Below are positions 40,860 to 44,522 of a stretch of 44,522 nt of DNA, piece after piece. The position numbers and the translations under genes were made by a program. This stretch comes from Candidatus Eiseniibacteriota bacterium. GTDB taxonomy: Bacteria; Eisenbacteria; RBG-16-71-46. The stretch is from NCBI GenBank assembly GCA_044222065.1, contig JBGAOA010000037.1, positions 1 to 44,522 on the forward strand. The letters are read 5' to 3'. A model generated the notes under the pieces. The model saw nothing but the letters and a program-made list of their open reading frames with translations. It was not told the origin of the DNA and did no database searches. Every line of letters starts with the position of its first letter. The stretch's first letter is position 1.

Positions 40860-41897
40860 TCAGCGCAGCAGCACCGCGCGCCGTGTCTGGCGGCCCGAAG
40901 GCGAGTCCATCTCGAGCAGGTAGATCCCGGGCGGCAGCAGCCGGCCCTGCTCGTCCTCGCCCGCCCACGAGCGCTCGTGCGTGCCCGCCGTCATCCAGCT
41001 GTCGGTGAGTGTGCGCACGCGGCGGCCGGCAGCGTCGTAGAGCGCGAGGCGCACGCGGCCCGCGACCGGGTTCGTCCACGCGATCGTCGAGCTGCCGAGC
41101 ACGGGGTTCGGGGCGAGCGGCGCGAGCTGCGCGCGCGCGGGTTCGAACGATTCCGGCGCGCTCACGAGCGCCGTCGAAGCGAGCACCGCCACCTTGGTGT
41201 CGCCCGTCGCCTGGTCGATCCAGGTCACGACGATCTCGTCGCGGCCGACCCCGTCGAGATCGAACACGACGACCTGGAACGGCGTGTTGCGCGGCGCGTT
41301 CAGAAGGACTTCGAGATCCAGTTCCTGCAGCCGCGCGCCGAGCCGGTTGTACACGCGCACCCAGCGCGGGGACTCCTGGATGACGAGTTCCAGGTCCGCG
41401 TCCGCCTCGACGTTGGCGAAGAACATCGGCGGAAGCGAGCTCGACGACGGCCACGTGATGCGCCAGAGCGCCGGGCGATTGTCGAACGGTCCGCCCGGTC
41501 CGCCGGGACCCGGCCCGTCGAAGCTCTGGAGCGAGCTGTTCGAGCCGTCGTCGGGCGTCCAGACGATGAGGTCCGGCGCCGCCTGCGAGGCCGAGAAGCT
41601 GAGCGCGCCGACGATCTGCGTGAAGGAAGTCATGTGCAGCGAGGTCGACGTCGCGCGGACGACGCCGTCTTCGGCGCGCACCCAGAGGAGACGCGAGCGA
41701 TTGTGAGCCGGATCGAAGACGTCGAGCATGACGAGGTCCTGCTCGGGGGATCCCGCCTGGCGCTGGAGGTTCATCGGAGCCCACTGCTGAAACGTGTTCG
41801 TCCAGCGGATCCCGATCTGGGCGAAGGACGGCGCAGCGGCCCCGAGCGCAGAGGACGCGAGGGCGAGGGCGAACAGCGAGCGGCGAATGCGCGACAT
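40860..41897 (-). CDS. Secreted protein with degenerate FG-GAP-like motifs and FlgD-Ig/T9SS-like C-terminal domain
   Basis: GGAGG RBS; signal peptide ending PSFA; NVEADADLELVI and DLDGVGRDEIVV; APNP...YDAAGRRVRTL...PPGIY. Confidence 0.72.
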   Translation of the reverse strand: MSRIRRSLFALALASSALGAAAPSFAQIGIRWTNTFQQWAPMNLQRQAGSPEQDLVMLDVFDPAHNRSRLLWVRAEDGVVRATSTSLHMTSFTQIVGALSFSASQAAPDLIVWTPDDGSNSSLQSFDGPGPGGPGGPFDNRPALWRITWPSSSSLPPMFFANVEADADLELVIQESPRWVRVYNRLGARLQELDLEVLLNAPRNTPFQVVVFDLDGVGRDEIVVTWIDQATGDTKVAVLASTALVSAPESFEPARAQLAPLAPNPVLGSSTIAWTNPVAGRVRLALYDAAGRRVRTLTDSWMTAGTHERSWAGEDEQGRLLPPGIYLLEMDSPSGRQTRRAVLLR

Positions 41898-42107
41898 GGA
41901 ACCTCCGGGCAGGGCGGTGACGGGACTCTCGGGATGCGAACGCGCGAGCGCGAGGCGCGTCACACGCGGGAAGCGTCCGGCGGCGGCCGACTGCGAGGCG
42001 CAGTGCGAACGGCCGCACCGCCCCTGCCCTGCCAAGCGCGGAATTCGCCCGGATCGGACCACGGAGCGGAGGGGCGATCCGGCGGACCGGCGCCCCGCCG
42101 GGCGTCG

Positions 42108-42650
42108 TTACCGGCGGCCGCGTTTCTGCGCGGCGGCTTCCAGGTTGAGCGCGACGGCGGTGCGGATGAGCGTCTTGAAGGCCGGCTCGTCCAGCGTGTC
42201 GCCTTCGCGCAGGTCGAGCGCGCGGCGGACGTTGCCCTCGAGGCTCGAGTTGAAGAGGCGCGCGGGATCGTGCACCGAAGCACCTTTTGCGAACGTCAGC
42301 TTGACCACGCTCTGGTAGGTCTCGCCCGTGCACAGGATGCCGTCGTGGGACCACACGGGCGTGCCCATCCACTTCCACTCCTCGACCACTTCGGGGTCGG
42401 CCTCGTGGATGAGGCGCCGCACGTAGGCGAGCGTCTTGCCGCGCCAGTCGCCGAGTTCGCGAATGCGGCCGTCGATGAGCTTCGAGGCCGCGGGCCCGAT
42501 CGCGACCTCGTGCGACTTCGCCGAATGCTTCGCCGGGCGTGCCGTGGCGCGGGCAGGCGACTTCGCCGCCTTCTTCCCCGGCTTCGCGGCACGACGGGCC
42601 GGCGACGTCGCCGCCTTCTTCGCGGTCTTGCGAGCAGTCTTGATCGGCAT
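42108..42650 (-). CDS. DUF1801 (YdhG-like) protein with Lys/Ala/Arg-rich N-terminal tail
   Basis: DWRG.TL..VR.LI..ADP.V.EEWKW.GTPVW, VKLTF.KGA...DP..LFN; tail KTARKTAKKAATSPARRAAKPGKKAAK. Confidence 0.82.
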   Translation of the reverse strand: MPIKTARKTAKKAATSPARRAAKPGKKAAKSPARATARPAKHSAKSHEVAIGPAASKLIDGRIRELGDWRGKTLAYVRRLIHEADPEVVEEWKWMGTPVWSHDGILCTGETYQSVVKLTFAKGASVHDPARLFNSSLEGNVRRALDLREGDTLDEPAFKTLIRTAVALNLEAAAQKRGRR

Positions 42651-42958
42651 GGCGGGTCCCCCGTTCGAGTGCGCAGTGATGGCGGAGTTAGCGGGCGCGA
42701 GGGTGCCCGGGTCAAGCGGAAATCGCCGAGGGCGTGATTCGGCCCGACACGGCGGACGACCGGGGCGCAGCGCTTTGGCGTCCGAGGGGCCGGCGAAGAC
42801 GCCGCGGGGCTCGAGGCGGGCACGTGCGAGGAGACCGGCGTTGCGCCTTCGGAGCCGTGGCGCGCTCGGTGCTGTGGGCGTCACGCGAAGCTCGGACCGC
42901 GGACGTGGCGCCGACTTCTCGAGCCCCCGCTGCCCACGGCAGGTACGGAGCCGGGAAC

Positions 42959-43846
42959 GTGCGTGACAGACACCGAAGGCCCGGCGGTGCGCGCGAGGCG
43001 AGTGCGCGCGAGGTCGCGCGGCCACCCGAGCGCGAGCCGACGCTCTACGAAGCCGGCGAGCGCTGGCTCGCGACGTACATCGCCACGACGCGGAACGCGA
43101 AGGGCCAGCGGCTCGCGCGCGTGCGCTTCGAGACGTACTGGCTCCGCCTGCTCTCGCACATCGGCCTCGGCGACCTCGAGGGCGATCACATCCGCATCCT
43201 GCGTACGGCGCTCGAGGAGCACTGGCGGCTGAGCCCCTACACCGTGACGCACGTGCTGAGCGACGTGCGCTGTTTCCTGCGGTGGGCCGTGAGCGCACGG
43301 CTGATCGCGCGCTCGCCGTTTCCGGAGCGCGTCATGCCGCGTATTCAGGAGGTCGCTCCGCGCGGGTTCACGGCCGGCGAAGTCGCGGTGCTGCGCGCCG
43401 TGCCCTGCCCCGCCGGCTTCGTGCTGCGGCTGCTGCTCGGCACGGGCCTGAGGTGGGCCGAAGGCTGCCGCGCGCGCCCCGAGGACGTGCGCGGATCGTT
43501 GCTCGAAGTGGCGAACACCAAGTCCGGGCGCCTGCGCCGTGTGCCGCTCGATCCGGAACTGCGCGAAGAGATCGCGACGTGGAGCTTCGAGCGGCTCGTG
43601 CCCTACGCCGCGAACAGTCCCGGCTCGTTCGCGCGCCTGATCCGCCGCTACACGCGGACCGCCGACTTCCACGTGCACCGCTGCCGCCACACGTTCGCCA
43701 TGAACTGGCTCGCCGCGGGCGGAAACCTGGCCGTGCTGCAGCAGATCCTCGGCCACCGCGATCTCGCGACCACCATGCGCTACGCGCGCGTCACGGACGA
43801 ACTGATCGAGCGCGAGGCCGAACGGGTGCGGCGCGACGGGCGGTAG
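42959..43846 (+). CDS. Tyrosine recombinase/integrase
   Basis: Catalytic set: TGLR, TKSG, HRCRHTFA, LGH, TMRY; start uncertain (GTG 42959 after GGAG). Confidence 0.85.
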   Translation: MRDRHRRPGGAREASAREVARPPEREPTLYEAGERWLATYIATTRNAKGQRLARVRFETYWLRLLSHIGLGDLEGDHIRILRTALEEHWRLSPYTVTHVLSDVRCFLRWAVSARLIARSPFPERVMPRIQEVAPRGFTAGEVAVLRAVPCPAGFVLRLLLGTGLRWAEGCRARPEDVRGSLLEVANTKSGRLRRVPLDPELREEIATWSFERLVPYAANSPGSFARLIRRYTRTADFHVHRCRHTFAMNWLAAGGNLAVLQQILGHRDLATTMRYARVTDELIEREAERVRRDGR

Positions 43847-43850
43847 GTGG

Positions 43851-43866
43851 GCGGAGCGCGCTCCGC
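43851..43866. terminator. Perfect 16-bp palindrome between convergent genes, possible terminator hairpin
   Basis: GCGGAGCGCGCTCCGC, 4 bp after the recombinase stop; no U-tract. Confidence 0.3.
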
Positions 43867-43960
43867 GTGCTCGACGTCGCTCGTTTCGCTCGCAGCCGTG
43901 TGCGGTCGTGGCGGCGGCGACGCAGTCCGGCGGGTCGCTGCCGATCGCGGCGCCGTGGGT

Positions 43961-44522
43961 TCAACGCTCACGCCGCTTCGTAGCGGAACCGGCGCCGAAT
44001 CGTCGTGCGAGCTTGCACAGGTCGTACTCGGCGAAGCGCCACAGGTCGCAGATCAACGCCCACGACTGATCGACGTGATCCCGCCACCCGGGCCCACCGC
44101 GCTCGAGCGCCGGATTGTCGAGGCCTTCGGCGAAGATGGCCATGGCGCCGATGCCGAGCGCGACGTCCTTCAGATCGGCCGTGAAGAGTCCCGGAATGCC
44201 GATGAAGTCGAGGATGTAGCCGCGCAGACTCATGTCGAGGATCCAGCAGAGCATCGCCGAGAACAGACCCAGAAAGGCCACGTCGGCCCACACGCTGCGC
44301 CGGTGTCTCGCGGAGTAGTAGCGATGGGCGATCAGGGAGAGCGCGAGGAAGAACGCGACGGTACCCCACAGCAGCACGCTTGCGAGCCAGGCCGGAGGCA
44401 CGGGGTGCAGGCTGCGCAGCCACGACCCGTAGGGATTGCGCGCGGGGTCGAGCTCGATCACGCCGCGGAGCACGGGAATCGTCGCGCCGGGCGGGAGCAT
44501 CGCGCCGACGAGCGACTTGGCG
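43961..44522 (-). CDS. Signal peptidase II (LspA)-like membrane protein, probably 5'-truncated by the window edge
   Basis: Frame open to the edge (AKSLVGAMLP...); NPYG, RGYILDFI, FTADLKD resemble LspA N-x-G, VVDF and FNxAD motifs. Confidence 0.55.
   Translation of the reverse strand, partial: AKSLVGAMLPPGATIPVLRGVIELDPARNPYGSWLRSLHPVPPAWLASVLLWGTVAFFLALSLIAHRYYSARHRRSVWADVAFLGLFSAMLCWILDMSLRGYILDFIGIPGLFTADLKDVALGIGAMAIFAEGLDNPALERGGPGWRDHVDQSWALICDLWRFAEYDLCKLARRFGAGSATKRRER

Noticed and set aside
42959..44522. Integron (IntI plus attC cassettes)
   Set aside because: No IntI-specific insertion evident between the catalytic motifs and no attC-like sites recognised nearby

Overview
Very GC-rich bacterial chromosomal segment with about 33 genes. 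Five secreted proteins share a FlgD-Ig/T9SS-like C-terminal domain, which suggests an FCB-related candidate phylum such as Ca. Eisenbacteria (inference). The core (about 18.9-39.9 kb) is a beta-1,3-glucan (laminarin/curdlan/paramylon-type) utilisation locus made of three operons. Each operon is headed by a copy of a 25-bp ROK-type palindromic operator (CTTTGT-N11-ACAWW core). It encodes a ROK repressor, GH16, GH16-like, GH17, GH1, a GH149 phosphorylase, putative glycan-binding proteins and an Opp/Dpp-type ABC importer split across two operons. It has no SusC/SusD pair; instead it has a ~1050-aa clan GH-A glycosidase fused to an apparent outer-membrane beta-barrel. Flanking genes are a K+ channel-like protein, ppk2, a secreted Het-C/Zn-phospholipase-C-like protein, a frameshifted TM+TPR gene, a membrane Ser/Thr kinase, a MoaD/ThiS + beta-propeller pair, an orphan MacB-type permease, a hybrid kinase with two single-domain regulators, an MFS, a CsgG-SH3 protein, a methyltransferase, a DUF1801 protein, a tyrosine recombinase and a partial LspA-like gene. 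No rRNA, tRNA or CRISPR array was seen. All family calls come from motif recognition by eye, with no database searches.
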